Shown here piece by piece: positions 10,517 to 21,920 of a stretch of 64,000 bases of DNA. The notes below the pieces were generated by a model that had not been told where the DNA came from, made no database searches, and saw nothing but the letters and a program-made list of their open reading frames with translations. Origin of the DNA: Candidatus Bathyarchaeota archaeon. GTDB lineage: Archaea; Thermoproteota; Bathyarchaeia; Bathyarchaeales; Bathycorpusculaceae. The stretch lies in NCBI GenBank assembly GCA_963717465.1, contig OY970340.1, positions 576,001-640,000 of the forward strand. The letters run 5' to 3'. The position numbers were made by a program, and so were the translations under genes. How positions within the stretch are numbered: the stretch's first letter is position 1; the number at the start of each line of letters is the position of its first letter.

Positions 10517-11937
10517 CTTTTCTCGGGTTTATTACTATTGCTCTTGTTCGTTTGTACGATGATTACTTTGCGTGCATAGATTTTTGCGTCTTTAAGTATG
10601 ATCTTGAATCCACCAGCTGAAATTGGTAATGATGTGGCTGTTGCAACGGGCAACATGGTTCCTTCTGCTTCCTCTCTAACTATTGCTTCTTCAGCCTCTG
10701 CAACTGGAGCCTCTTCAGCAATCCATCTTGCCACAACGGGATGGTTCATCTCTTGGAGGAATTCTTTTAATGTTTCAACGTTTTGAGCGTTGTCTTCAGT
10801 AGCAATCTTGTCCACTACATCTTTGGGGATGAAGTCTTTAACTCTTTCTTTAACTTCCTTCGGTAGCCAAACTACCCTATGCCAGCCACCATCGGCAGCG
10901 AGAAACTTTTTTGAACGCATGTATTCGATGCTAATTCCATGGAAGCCATCTACTTGTCGCCCACCCGCTGTTGAGTCAGCCAATGTTGAGAATGGTAAGC
11001 CGCTTACTGTTACACCCTTAAAGCTTCGGTGGACTATGCCGAAGCCTTCGACTTCTGGAATGTAGAATGCTATTGCTTCAAAGCAGCCGCATGAAGTGTG
11101 CGGGTGATCGAATGCAGTGTACATCCAGACTTGTGAGACCTCGCCTAAGGTACGGCTTTTAACGGTTTCGTTTACGCCTGCAAATTCGCCTTTTTCAGAA
11201 TCTATTACTTCGCCACGTTCAATAGCGAATACGGGCCCTTTTGGATCAACGCTTGCTGAGGCTTTTCCGTCAAACCAGCTGATGGCGCCACAGTTAGAAT
11301 ATCGTTGGGGAGAAATAATGCATACGTGCGAGGGAGCAAACGATTGGCAAAGAGTGCACCCGTAGAATTTATCAACTTCTTCATCTTTAAGACCTCTGGC
11401 TTTAGCATCTCTGGAATCATATGATTCAATTGCGATGGTGTAGATTTCGGATACTTTGGCTGGGTCAGTGATAAAAGTTATTTGAAGTTTCTCAATTATG
11501 GGCAATTCACTCTTGAAGAGCCTAAGGAGAACCTTGCCGATTGGTTCGAAACTGTTTAAGCCTTTTTGGTATGATTTCTTTGCTAAGCGTAACCAAATGT
11601 CATAACGTTGGTTTAGGTGCATGAAGCCTTCAATGTAGTTTAGGTACTCGTGAATGCGCCTCTCTATTACGCCTTCTAAACTTTGGTCAAGAGTTGGACC
11701 TGCGGCTTCGATTATTAAGCCAAAAGGAAAGGCTCCACCTTCTTTTAGATCTTTAATGTCAGGGCCAACAATTGTGATTTTTCCATCGTCTACCTCGTTC
11801 ATGGGTTTTACTTTGGCGATTTCAAATTTTTCTTTGACAGCTGGACCACCGAGCTCTATTTGCATGTCGTTTTTGCGGATTCTTTCTCCTTCGTATATTA
11901 CGCCTACGTCGACAGGTATGTCTTTAAACATTGACAT
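10513..11937 (-). CDS. cdhC: Acetyl-CoA synthase (ACDS beta subunit)
   Basis: CTLCQSFAPSHVC, PHTSCGCFE A-cluster motifs. Confidence 0.97.
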   Translation of the reverse strand: MSMFKDIPVDVGVIYEGERIRKNDMQIELGGPAVKEKFEIAKVKPMNEVDDGKITIVGPDIKDLKEGGAFPFGLIIEAAGPTLDQSLEGVIERRIHEYLNYIEGFMHLNQRYDIWLRLAKKSYQKGLNSFEPIGKVLLRLFKSELPIIEKLQITFITDPAKVSEIYTIAIESYDSRDAKARGLKDEEVDKFYGCTLCQSFAPSHVCIISPQRYSNCGAISWFDGKASASVDPKGPVFAIERGEVIDSEKGEFAGVNETVKSRTLGEVSQVWMYTAFDHPHTSCGCFEAIAFYIPEVEGFGIVHRSFKGVTVSGLPFSTLADSTAGGRQVDGFHGISIEYMRSKKFLAADGGWHRVVWLPKEVKERVKDFIPKDVVDKIATEDNAQNVETLKEFLQEMNHPVVARWIAEEAPVAEAEEAIVREEAEGTMLPVATATSLPISAGGFKIILKDAKIYARKVIIVQTNKSNSNKPEKR

Positions 11938-11940
11938 TTC

Positions 11941-12489
11941 TTATACTTCTCCTTCTTTTTCAAATTTTGATGTCATGACTTTAAGATTTGAAGCCCACTC
12001 TTCCAGCGTCGCGTTTGGAAACGACCAACTTGCGTGAGGATGATAAAGATTATCAAGAGTCATTGTTCTAAGGCTTGGTGCAAAATGCTTTAACCCTGAC
12101 AGTATGAGCGCTTCCATGTAGTAGGGAAGCCCAACGTACATTACTAGGTCATAGTGGCCTTTGCCGTCAAGTCCCGTCCATGTTGGATCCACGAGCCTGT
12201 TGCTGATATCCATAGCAGACATGAAGCCTGCTGGTTCATATCCTCGTTTAAGGAATTCGCCGACCATGTGGGCAGTTGCTACAATTGGCACTTTTGATGC
12301 TTTTGCAAAGTCGATTATGTAATCGATTAATTGTTTTCCTTCCATGTAACGTTCAGTTGCATAGCTACCTACAATAAGGAGTGGACGAGCAGCTTTCTTA
12401 ACCAGCGCCACTGCAACATCGGGTTTCTGTATTGGTTGCGCCTTTTTTGTTGCAGCTATTTCTGCGCATTCCCAAGGTTCACACGACAT
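11941..12489 (-). CDS. cdhB: CODH epsilon subunit
   Basis: KKAARPLLIVG, WTGLDGKGHYDLV, LSGLKHFAP. Confidence 0.93.
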   Translation of the reverse strand: MSCEPWECAEIAATKKAQPIQKPDVAVALVKKAARPLLIVGSYATERYMEGKQLIDYIIDFAKASKVPIVATAHMVGEFLKRGYEPAGFMSAMDISNRLVDPTWTGLDGKGHYDLVMYVGLPYYMEALILSGLKHFAPSLRTMTLDNLYHPHASWSFPNATLEEWASNLKVMTSKFEKEGEV

Positions 12490-12495
12490 TCATCA

Positions 12496-14854
12496 TCACT
12501 CCTTTACTTTGCGTATCATTCTTGGAAGCAAAGTTGGGTCTGGAATAACGTTTTCCCTCCAGTTTTTGGCTTCCAATATCTTTATGATTTCATCTTTCAT
12601 GGTCATCGGTATATCTGCGGGAGTTCGAACAAAAAGATGAATGTCATTTGGCATGATTCCATAGTAACGCTTGTGTAAATCAATGTAATGTGAGAGCTTT
12701 ATTGAGCGTCCTTTCCAAGTGTCGTTTGGTCTGATGCAAAGTTTTGCGATTGTAACCATTGCTTCTTGTGGTGTTTCCACTGTTTGGAATAAGTGTTCAG
12801 GGGCAGGGCCAATGTTAACTTTATCGCCTGTGCGTGCATCAAAGACTTCCCAGTTTTCTGGTTTGTCTTCTCTGCCCAAGAGCATGCGACGGTATTTGCT
12901 TCCGTGTGGACCGACAAGCACTGGAATGCCTAAACGCCAAAAGCCTGCAGCGATTGCAACTGCTTTCTGTGAGTAAGCACCCCATGCTAAGCCGACTGCG
13001 CCTAAACGGTTATAGATGTAATCTGCTATTTCCTCATAGTTTCCCCTTAAGCTTCGTTTTGCAAATATGTTTGCTACTTTTATAGCGGCTCCTGCAATGT
13101 GAGAGTTTGCTACGCATGAACCAACGTTGAGGACTCCTCCAGCTTCAAACCCGCCTGGGAATTCTTCGTACAATGTTTTGCCATCCGAGTTCTTATATGA
13201 ACCAGCGGACATGGCTGAGCAACCTGAGGTTACTACGATGTAGCGTCTATTTGCGAATTCTCTGCATATATCATAAACGTCCTTTCCGCCATGTGGATAA
13301 TTGCTGCAGCCTACTACTGCAAGTATGCCGGGGATTTCGCCGAGCACGATTGGACTGCCAACGTTTCTGATTTCTATATCCTGAACTGCGCCTCTTCCAA
13401 CGCGGCAGAGGTTGTTCTCTTCAAGCATGAATTTTTCTCCAGCTTTAATTATGAAACTGTGGATGCTGAGTTTAATCTGGGCATGCTTCTTCACATCGTC
13501 CGCATCCTATGCAGTACTCGTATAATTCAGTGAGTTCAGCCATTGAACCTTCAGCAGCTGCCTTAAGTGCCTGGGGGATCTTGAGGTCTTGTGGACAGGA
13601 TCTGCGGCATTGGTTGCATTGTCTGCATGTTTTTGCAAGTGTTTTAATTTCTTCGATTTCTGGAAGATTATTCAGTTTCTTTCTTATCGGCGCAATCTTG
13701 ACGGGCTACTTTAACGGCGACTTCGCCGACTTTTTCAGGATCAAGAATCAGTACACCTGGAACTTTTCCGCTTACAAGGTCAGCGACAATTTCATCTGCT
13801 GGATCGTTCGTGCGGTTCTTGAAGCCCATGCAGTTCTTTTCTGATGCTGCGATTACTGGAGCATGGACTTTTGCGGCTTCGTCAGAAATGTCTGTTCTGA
13901 CGCATTGTTCGTCTAAAACGACTACGTCTGCGAATCCAGCGCGGATAAATCGTAGTTGCCAACTGAATTGGGCCGACGATTCTGCCTCGATTATAGTATC
14001 TGGTGATGTCGTGTGCAGTGCAGCATAAACCTACTACTTCGATTTGATCATTGACTTTGGTGTCTTTTGCGTAATCGATAATTCCGACTGAGGGAACTAC
14101 GTTGTGTCCAATGCACATGATCACCGGTTTTGAAGTATCCACAGAGCCTATCCCTAGTGAGACAAGTGGGAGCTTCTGGATCAGCTTTAGGCATTCCCAA
14201 AACTGAAACTTGAGCGATGTCGCCAACTTCCATTCCAAGATGATCTATCATTCCAACATGGAAGGCTTTTGATTCAAAGTCTAAGTTGTTGCTTTCCTGT
14301 CCGGTATGTGCAACTGCGAGTGTTTGAGTAATTTGTTCTTCAGCATAATCTAGAACTTCAACTAAGTCTCCTAAAGTTTCAGGCTTTATACCCGTGACCA
14401 AACGGGTTATTGGAGCTTCCACCTTAATGTTCAATCCGCCAATGTCAAGCGGGGTTCTGCTACCATATTTTTCAATCAAATGATTAACCATGTGACGTGA
14501 ATGAGCCGTGTGAGTTGCTGCACCAATGCAACAAGCTAAGAGTACAATTCTGGATGATTGAGCACCAATGTCCAAGCCGCATGCTCCACGCTTTCCAGCT
14601 GTTAAATCACATTTTCCAAAAGTGCACAAACAGCAAAGATCACAATCAGGCATGTAGAAGGGTTTATACCTGTTTAAGAGTTTCAGATCCCAGTCCCTCA
14701 ATGTTGTAAGGGAGGGCTTCGGGGTTGGCCCCATGGGCTCAGCCCAGTTATCTGTGACAAGTTTGCCTATTGAAACTTCAAGGTTCTTGATGAGACCTGT
14801 GCCACTTATCATCTCGTCTATCTTCAAGTTTACTTTTTTGCTAGATAAGGTCAA
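12496..14854 (-). CDS. cdhA: CODH alpha subunit, broken by about four single-base frameshifts
   Basis: [28 protein letters not shown], two ferredoxin motifs, [16 protein letters not shown]; shifts near 14170, 13965, 13705, 13477. Confidence 0.93.
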
Positions 14855-15306
14855 AACCTCCGTAAAGGTTTAAATGGAAGGTAACATTGCAACATTTTAA
14901 ACCTTTCCTGAAGAATCAAGGGGTTTATTGATTAAACTTGAGCAGCTGTTGCATGAAACACTTGAAACTAAAACTGTCAATGCCGTGACAATTTCAAAGC
15001 AAAAACTCTTATTTTTCAGCAGCAAACCCCATTTTCGTTATGTCCGCTCATCCATAACGGCTTTCTTTAAAAACATTTTGACTAGAATGAAAATAAAGAA
15101 ATGCTCTAACCCAAAGAAACAAGCAAAAGGTGAAAAAAACAGTGGATGTAAGCGGTGTCGACTAAAGCACTCTAAAAAGCTCAATTTCCCGCGTAATATC
15201 TATCTTCTTTACTAACATTTGCAATAACACCTGCCTTTCAATTTTCCATTTTTGACATACAAAGTTTAATTTGTCTCAATGATTGTAAAGGATATAGGGA
15301 ATTGGA

Positions 15307-18150
15307 ATGGCTACTTTAAATCTGGAAAAACTTTTCAACCCCAAAAGTGTCGCAATAATCGGCGCTAGCGATGTTGAAGGCTCAGTTGGGAACGCCATAG
15401 TCAAGAACTTGACTCAAAGAGGCTATGCTGGGAAAGTGTATTTTGTTAATAACCGCAAGCCAGAAATTCTCGGCGTAAAAACATACGCTAAAGTTTCTCA
15501 GATTGGTCAGCCGATAGATTTAGCGATTATTGCCACGCCGGCTAAAACCGTGCCTGAAGTCATGGTGGATTGCGGCTTAGCAAAAGTTAAAGGAGCCATC
15601 GTTGTTTCCGCTGGTTTTAGAGAAACTGGAGCAGAAGGAAGAGCTCTTGAAGCTGAAATTCTAAAAATAACAAAAAAATATGAAATACGTTTAATTGGCC
15701 CCAACTGTATCGGCATTATTCGTCCAAGAAATAACTTGAACGCGACGTTCATCGATAAAATGCCTAAAGCTGGCAATGTAGCTTTTATCACTCAGAGTGG
15801 CGCTTTAGGGCAAGCCATTTTAGACTGGGCTATTCATCAAAATATTGGGTTTAGCAATTTTGCTTCTGTTGGTTCCATGACTGATGTTGATTATGGAGAC
15901 TTGATTGATTATTTTGGGACTGATCCACACACCAAAAGCATACTTATGTACGTGGAGACGATAACTGAAGCGCGCAAATTTATGAGCGCTGCGAGGCACT
16001 TTTCAAGAACCAAACCTATCATTGTTTTGAAATCAGGTAAGTTTAAAGAAAGCGCCATCGCTGCAGCCTCGCACACTGGTTCACTTTCAAGCGAAGACGA
16101 AATCTATGATGCAGCTTTTAAACGGGCAGGTGTCGTACGTGTAGAAGAAATCGCTGACTTGTTTAATGCCGCTGAAGTTCTAAGCAGTCAACCTTTACCA
16201 AAAGGTCCACGATTGGCAATAATCACGAATGCCGGTGGCTCAGGAGTAATGGCCGTTGACGCATTAATCAAGCAAGGAGGCAAATTGGCTACTTTAAGCC
16301 AAAAAACCTTAGACGTACTAAGCAGCGTGCTGCCATCTTATTGGAACAAAAACAATCCAATTGATCTTATGCAGGATGCAAAAGCTGAACGCTACCGCAC
16401 TGCACTAGAAGCCTGCTTGAACGACCCTAACATTGATGGCATTTTGATTATTTTTTCACAGCAAGCTACCCCAGCAGTTGTAGAAATCGCAAATGAAATA
16501 GTAGAAGTCGTGAAGAGTAAAGTTTACCAGAACAAGACAATTTTAACTTGTTTCATGGGATATGGTCAAGTTCAGCAGGCAAACGATATTCTAAAAGCCA
16601 GCAACATTCCCATTTATCCAACGCCTGAACAAGCCATCAGAACCTATATGTCTATGCATCATTATCAGCGAAACGTTGAATTGATGTATGAGACTCCTGA
16701 AGAGTTACCAGTCGATTCAGCACCTCCAAAACGACCAATCATGGTTATTCTGCAAAACGCAGCATTATCGGGCAGACAATTTTTAACTGAGGAGGAAGCA
16801 AAAAAAGTTCTCAAATACTATACTTTTCCAGTTGTTAAAACAGAAAACGCTAGAACTGAAGAGGAGGCCGTTGCTCAGGCTTCACGCATCGGATACCCAG
16901 TTGTGTTAAAAATCAACTCTCCCGAGATTACGCATAAAACTGAAGCGGGAGGGGTAATTCTAAACTTACACGATGAAAATCAAGTTCGTGTAGCATTTGC
17001 TTCTCTCATAAAGCATGCTTTAAACTTCAAACCTAATGCTCAAATTTTAGGCGTCACCGTACAATCCATGGTTTCAGAAAAAGGCTATGAAATCATGGTT
17101 GGCGGTAAAAACGACCCAGTTTTTGGTCCAATTATACTGTTTGGCACAGGCGGCATCGGTGTAGAATTATTCAAAGACTATGCAATTGGATTATCGCCCC
17201 TAAACACAACACTTATTTTAAGGATGATGGAGGAAACCAAAGTTTACCAGTTGCTTAAGGGTTACCGAAACGCGCCTCCAGCAGACGTTAAGCGGCTTGA
17301 AGAAATTATGTCACTATTGTCTCAACTTATGATTGATTTTCCACAAATCAAAGAGATTGACATCAACCCGATTTTGGTTAATGAGAATATGGCTACGATT
17401 CTTGATGCGCGTATAATGGTTGATAAAGAGTGGGTTTGTAGACGGTTTGATCCTCATGAGCACTTGGTTATTAGTCCTTATCCCAAGAAGTACCAGATAA
17501 CTTGGCGTCTAAAGAATGGACAAGAAATCATGCTTAGACCGATTAAACCAGAAGACGAGCCGCTCTGGGTTGAAATGTACCGCAGTTTCTCCGAAGAATC
17601 TATTCGCTACAGGTTTTTCCAGATGCAAAAAGATGCCCCCCATGCTGAACGAGTACGCTACTGCAACATTGACTATGATCGAGAAATAGCCATCGTGGCT
17701 GAAACGTTTGAAGCAGGTAAGAAAATGTTAGGTGTAGCTCGTTTAAGCATTGAAGCAGGCGGTAAAACTGGCGAATTAGCATTTATCGTCAGTGATAAAT
17801 GGCAGGGTTTAGGTTTAGGAACAAAGCTGGTCGATTACGTGCTGGAAATTGCAAAGGAAATGGGCGTTGAAACAGTATACGCCATAATGTTAGTCGACAA
17901 CTATCGTGCGTTAAATTTAACCCAAAAAATGGGATTCAAAAATGAGTACCAAAATGACGGCACCGTTAAAGGAATCTTAGATTTGACTACCGAAATCGAT
18001 TACAGATGCTTCGACACTGAGACTAATCAAAATAAGGCAACTAATGAAAATCGTATACAAAACCAGGAAAACAATGTTGCGCCATCTGAAGCTAAATCAA
18101 TTGCAACTTATGTGCCAAGCGCTGAAAAGAAACTTGTTAAGCTTAGTTAA
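15307..18150 (+). CDS. Acyl-CoA synthetase (NDP-forming) alpha/beta fused to a GNAT (Pat/PatZ-type protein acetyltransferase)
   Basis: IGPNCIG, QSGALG, ASHTGS, ATP-grasp HKTEAGGV/DINP, C-terminal GNAT (WQGLGLGTKL). Confidence 0.9.
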   Translation: MATLNLEKLFNPKSVAIIGASDVEGSVGNAIVKNLTQRGYAGKVYFVNNRKPEILGVKTYAKVSQIGQPIDLAIIATPAKTVPEVMVDCGLAKVKGAIVVSAGFRETGAEGRALEAEILKITKKYEIRLIGPNCIGIIRPRNNLNATFIDKMPKAGNVAFITQSGALGQAILDWAIHQNIGFSNFASVGSMTDVDYGDLIDYFGTDPHTKSILMYVETITEARKFMSAARHFSRTKPIIVLKSGKFKESAIAAASHTGSLSSEDEIYDAAFKRAGVVRVEEIADLFNAAEVLSSQPLPKGPRLAIITNAGGSGVMAVDALIKQGGKLATLSQKTLDVLSSVLPSYWNKNNPIDLMQDAKAERYRTALEACLNDPNIDGILIIFSQQATPAVVEIANEIVEVVKSKVYQNKTILTCFMGYGQVQQANDILKASNIPIYPTPEQAIRTYMSMHHYQRNVELMYETPEELPVDSAPPKRPIMVILQNAALSGRQFLTEEEAKKVLKYYTFPVVKTENARTEEEAVAQASRIGYPVVLKINSPEITHKTEAGGVILNLHDENQVRVAFASLIKHALNFKPNAQILGVTVQSMVSEKGYEIMVGGKNDPVFGPIILFGTGGIGVELFKDYAIGLSPLNTTLILRMMEETKVYQLLKGYRNAPPADVKRLEEIMSLLSQLMIDFPQIKEIDINPILVNENMATILDARIMVDKEWVCRRFDPHEHLVISPYPKKYQITWRLKNGQEIMLRPIKPEDEPLWVEMYRSFSEESIRYRFFQMQKDAPHAERVRYCNIDYDREIAIVAETFEAGKKMLGVARLSIEAGGKTGELAFIVSDKWQGLGLGTKLVDYVLEIAKEMGVETVYAIMLVDNYRALNLTQKMGFKNEYQNDGTVKGILDLTTEIDYRCFDTETNQNKATNENRIQNQENNVAPSEAKSIATYVPSAEKKLVKLS

Positions 18151-18377
18151 CAGGCATTACCTAATCTGAGCATAATCAAACCAAAAATCTAGATTATAAC
18201 TCGGCTGGAGACAGTATTTACTAAACAAAATGGTAGTTTGCTTGGAAAGCACGCACCTTTAGTCTTCTTAAGTGAATTTAGGGTCATTAAATTGTCTATT
18301 CAACGGAATAAATTAACATTTCTTTAAAAATTTATAAATCGAAAAGTGCAATAATAGCAACTAATTGGTGTAAAAAA

Positions 18378-18965
18378 ATGAGTAATGAGAATTTAAGTAA
18401 GCTTGCGAATCCTGCACCGTTAGGACTTATCGCCTTCGGCATTACTACTGTTCTGCTGAATTTGGCTAATGCGGGTCTCTTTAACGTTGATAGTGTGATT
18501 TTAGCTATGGGCATTGCTTATGGAGGATTAGCACAGGTTCTTGTTGGAATCATGGAATACAGGAGGGGTAATACTTTTGGCACTGTAGCGTTCACGTCTT
18601 ACGGCTTGTTTTGGTGGAGCCTTGTGATGATTCTAGTGTTACCTAATTTATCGTTCACAAGCGGTGCATTTGGCAGTCCAACTTCCTCTTCACTGGCAGC
18701 GTACTTTTTGATGTGGGGAATTTTTACCTTCGCAATGTTTTTCGGTACATTGAAAGTTAATCGAGCTTTGCAATTAGTATTCGGGAGTTTAGCGGTACTA
18801 TTCTTCATGCTGACGATAGGAGCGTTAATCAGCAACACGACATTTACCATGATCACAGGCATAGAAGGCGTCGTGTGCGGCCTTAGCGCAGTATACCTCG
18901 CAATTGCAGAAATTTTAAACGAAGCATACCACAAAAATGTGTTACCCATAGGGGTAACGAGCTAA
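18378..18965 (+). CDS. satP: Acetate uptake transporter (SatP/YaaH/GPR1 family)
   Basis: [12 protein letters not shown] signature; hydrophobic multi-TM protein. Confidence 0.92.
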   Translation: MSNENLSKLANPAPLGLIAFGITTVLLNLANAGLFNVDSVILAMGIAYGGLAQVLVGIMEYRRGNTFGTVAFTSYGLFWWSLVMILVLPNLSFTSGAFGSPTSSSLAAYFLMWGIFTFAMFFGTLKVNRALQLVFGSLAVLFFMLTIGALISNTTFTMITGIEGVVCGLSAVYLAIAEILNEAYHKNVLPIGVTS

Positions 18966-19038
18966 TACACCCTTTCTTTCCCTATTTTTAGGAAAGATTT
19001 TTATTATAAAGTGGTGGAAACAAGCTTAGTTGATTATA

Positions 19039-21006
19039 ATGTCTGAAACAAGCCTTCCTTTCGATGAAAAATATTCTCCAAATGGTGCAGAAATCTCGTC
19101 TATAGAGAAAAGAAAGCAAGAATGTGAAAAGTCAATAAGAAACCAACAAGAATACTGGCTGGAAAAAGCTAAAGCTATCGATTGGTTTAAACCGTTTGGC
19201 AAAGTCTTAGACGATTCAAATCAACCGTTTTATAAGTGGTTCGTTGATGGAAAACTGAATGCTTCCTATAACGCCTTGGACAGGCATATAAAGAGCCATC
19301 GAAAAAACAAGATTGCGTATTATTGGGAAGGCGAAATGGGAGAAACAAGAACTTATACTTACTATCAGCTCTACAGAGAAGTAAACAAGCTTGCAAAAGT
19401 GCTTAAAGACTTCGGCGTCAAAAAAGGCGACCGAATCGCAGTATTCCTACCTGTTATTCCAGAATTGCCCATTACTCTGCTTGCAACAGCAAGGTTAGGC
19501 GCAGTTCATACAGTTGTCTTTTCAGGGTTCAGTGCGGAAGCGTTAGCTGACAGAGTAAACGATTGCCAAGCAAAAATCCTAGTAACATCAGATGGATCAT
19601 TTCGAAGAGGAAAAGCGGTTGCCATTAAAGATAATGCAGATAAAGGTTTACCGAACATGCCTTCTATCGAGAAAGTTATTGTGGTTAAACGAACCGGGCA
19701 AGCGGTTCAAATGAAGGAAGGCCGAGACGTTTGGTATCATGAAGTTTTGGCTGCAACTAAACCGAACACGTATGTGGAGCCTGAAGTTGTGGATTCTGCT
19801 GACCCGTTATTTGTCCTTTACACTTCAGGGACTACAGGCAAGCCGAAAGGAGTCCAGCATGCCACAGGCGGGTACCTTGTTTGGGCTTATTGGACGCTTA
19901 AGTGGGCCTTCGACCCAAGAGAAGATGATATTTTCTGGTGTGTAGCCGACATAGGCTGGATTACAGGTCACACCTACAACGTCTATGCGCCCTTAAGCAT
20001 GGGAATTACATCTCTTCTTTTTGAGGGTACACCTGATTACCCTGCACAGGACCGATGGTGGGACATTATTGAAAGAAATGGCGTAAACATTCTTTATGCA
20101 ACGCCGACTGCTATTAGAATGTTCATGAAGTTCGGTGAAGAATGGCCGCAAAAACATGATCTCAGCACTCTGCGCATCTTAGGAACTGTGGGTGAGCCCA
20201 TAAATCCTGAAGCATGGAAATGGTACTATCGTGTAATTGGCAAAGAAAAACTGGCGATAATCGATACGTGGTGGCAGACAGAAACAGGTGGATTCATGAT
20301 TTCTCCAGCCTCAGGAATAGCACTAACCCCCTTAAAGCCTGGATCAGCTACATTGCCAATGCCGGCAGTTAACGCTGATATCTTTGACGAAAAAGGACAG
20401 CCAGTTCAAGCAGGCACTAAAGGTTTCCTTGTGATAAAATCGCCTTGGCCAGGAATGCTGCAGACTCTTTGGAAGGATCCTGAACGCTTTAAGCAGACGT
20501 ACTTTGGCAAGTGGCAAGGAATATACTACACTGGCGATTACGCAATCCGAGACCCTGAGGGCTACTTCTGGCTTTTAGGCAGAGCAGATGAAGTGCTCAA
20601 AGTTGCAGGTCACCGCATAGGCACAGTCGAGCTTGAAAGCGCGTTGGTTTCGCACCCTGCGGTATCAGAAGCAGCAGTAATGGGAAAAGAAGACGCATTG
20701 AAAGGTGAAGTCCCTGTAGCATTCGTAACATTGCGAAGCGGTTTCACGCCATCGGACGAACTAGAAGCCGAACTGATAAAGCATATTAGAAACACCATAG
20801 GCCCAATCGCCACTCCAGACGCAGTTATCATAGTTAACAAACTGCCAAAAACACGAAGCGGCAAAATAATGCGAAGACTACTCAAAGCTGTTCTGGTTGA
20901 AACTCCACTTGGCGACATGTCAACGCTTGAAGATGAAGGCTCAATAGAAGACATAAGAGCCACATACCACGATATTCGAAATCGAATAATTAACAATAAA
21001 AAATAA
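19039..21006 (+). CDS. acs: AMP-forming acetyl-CoA synthetase
   Basis: YTSGTTGKPKG, DTWWQTETGG, LPKTRSGKIMRR. Confidence 0.97.
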   Translation: MSETSLPFDEKYSPNGAEISSIEKRKQECEKSIRNQQEYWLEKAKAIDWFKPFGKVLDDSNQPFYKWFVDGKLNASYNALDRHIKSHRKNKIAYYWEGEMGETRTYTYYQLYREVNKLAKVLKDFGVKKGDRIAVFLPVIPELPITLLATARLGAVHTVVFSGFSAEALADRVNDCQAKILVTSDGSFRRGKAVAIKDNADKGLPNMPSIEKVIVVKRTGQAVQMKEGRDVWYHEVLAATKPNTYVEPEVVDSADPLFVLYTSGTTGKPKGVQHATGGYLVWAYWTLKWAFDPREDDIFWCVADIGWITGHTYNVYAPLSMGITSLLFEGTPDYPAQDRWWDIIERNGVNILYATPTAIRMFMKFGEEWPQKHDLSTLRILGTVGEPINPEAWKWYYRVIGKEKLAIIDTWWQTETGGFMISPASGIALTPLKPGSATLPMPAVNADIFDEKGQPVQAGTKGFLVIKSPWPGMLQTLWKDPERFKQTYFGKWQGIYYTGDYAIRDPEGYFWLLGRADEVLKVAGHRIGTVELESALVSHPAVSEAAVMGKEDALKGEVPVAFVTLRSGFTPSDELEAELIKHIRNTIGPIATPDAVIIVNKLPKTRSGKIMRRLLKAVLVETPLGDMSTLEDEGSIEDIRATYHDIRNRIINNKK

Positions 21007-21134
21007 AATCTTCTATTTTTTTATCTGAAAAAGAATCAAAAATTATTTAATCCCTCAAGTTTTTGGCACGGTTGAAGCCAGCTTTAAATCAAAAGTCACT
21101 TTCAGCACCAGCAGCCACGTAATAGAAATACTTG

Positions 21135-21899
21135 CTATATGTAGCCTGCTGTCTTCATTATCGCTTTAACGGAAAGATAGGCAGGATTATCAGATGGCAG
21201 ATCAAGCAGTGATTTACCGTTAAGAACATAATCATCCAATTGCTCATCGGCGAATATTTTGCCAAGATACTTGAATTTTAATTGTTCCTCAGCTTGTTTT
21301 CCCAGTTTGGCTGGAAAACGGTAACCGCCTAAAAGATAGAAATTTTCAAATTGGATGTCAACTTCTTTAGCTATTCGGTAAGCTCGTTTTACATGATCAA
21401 ACGACTTTTTGGAGTTGTCAAGAATGTCAAAAATATCATCTACTTTTGACGTTATTCTGCGGTTTAAATGCTCAAGCCCCGCTGGAGAATCAATCAAAAC
21501 GTAATTGTAATTCTTAGTTAATGATCCTAATGCGCCCTTCAAAGCTGAGTTTGGCATGCAGTAGCAGCCTTCAACCCATTTAGTGCCAACAGCGAGAAAG
21601 TCAAAGTTATTGCTTTCGTACAAGCCATTTTCCCAAATTCGGCTTTCAATACGCTCAGTTGGCGGAATTCCAACGGTTGTGCCTCCCTTCTCGATGAACG
21701 TGCTAACAAGCAATTCAGCAATCGTGGATTTCCCAGCTTCTTTAAGGTCTATTCCAAGCATTTCAGCAAGGTTCTGGTCAGGATCAGCATCCACCAATAG
21801 CAACGGCGCCTGTTTAGCTTCGATAAAGCATTTCGTCATAAGGGCAGTATAACTGGATTTTCCCGTTCCACCGCGACCGACCGTGACAAGAGTTTTCAT
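21135..21899 (-). CDS. cooC: CooC-type Ni-insertion ATPase
   Basis: GRGGTGKS, DADPDQNL, EGCYCMPN, AGLEHL. Confidence 0.88.
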   Translation of the reverse strand: MKTLVTVGRGGTGKSSYTALMTKCFIEAKQAPLLLVDADPDQNLAEMLGIDLKEAGKSTIAELLVSTFIEKGGTTVGIPPTERIESRIWENGLYESNNFDFLAVGTKWVEGCYCMPNSALKGALGSLTKNYNYVLIDSPAGLEHLNRRITSKVDDIFDILDNSKKSFDHVKRAYRIAKEVDIQFENFYLLGGYRFPAKLGKQAEEQLKFKYLGKIFADEQLDDYVLNGKSLLDLPSDNPAYLSVKAIMKTAGYI

Positions 21900-21920
21900 G
21901 TTTAATAATCCTCAAAAATG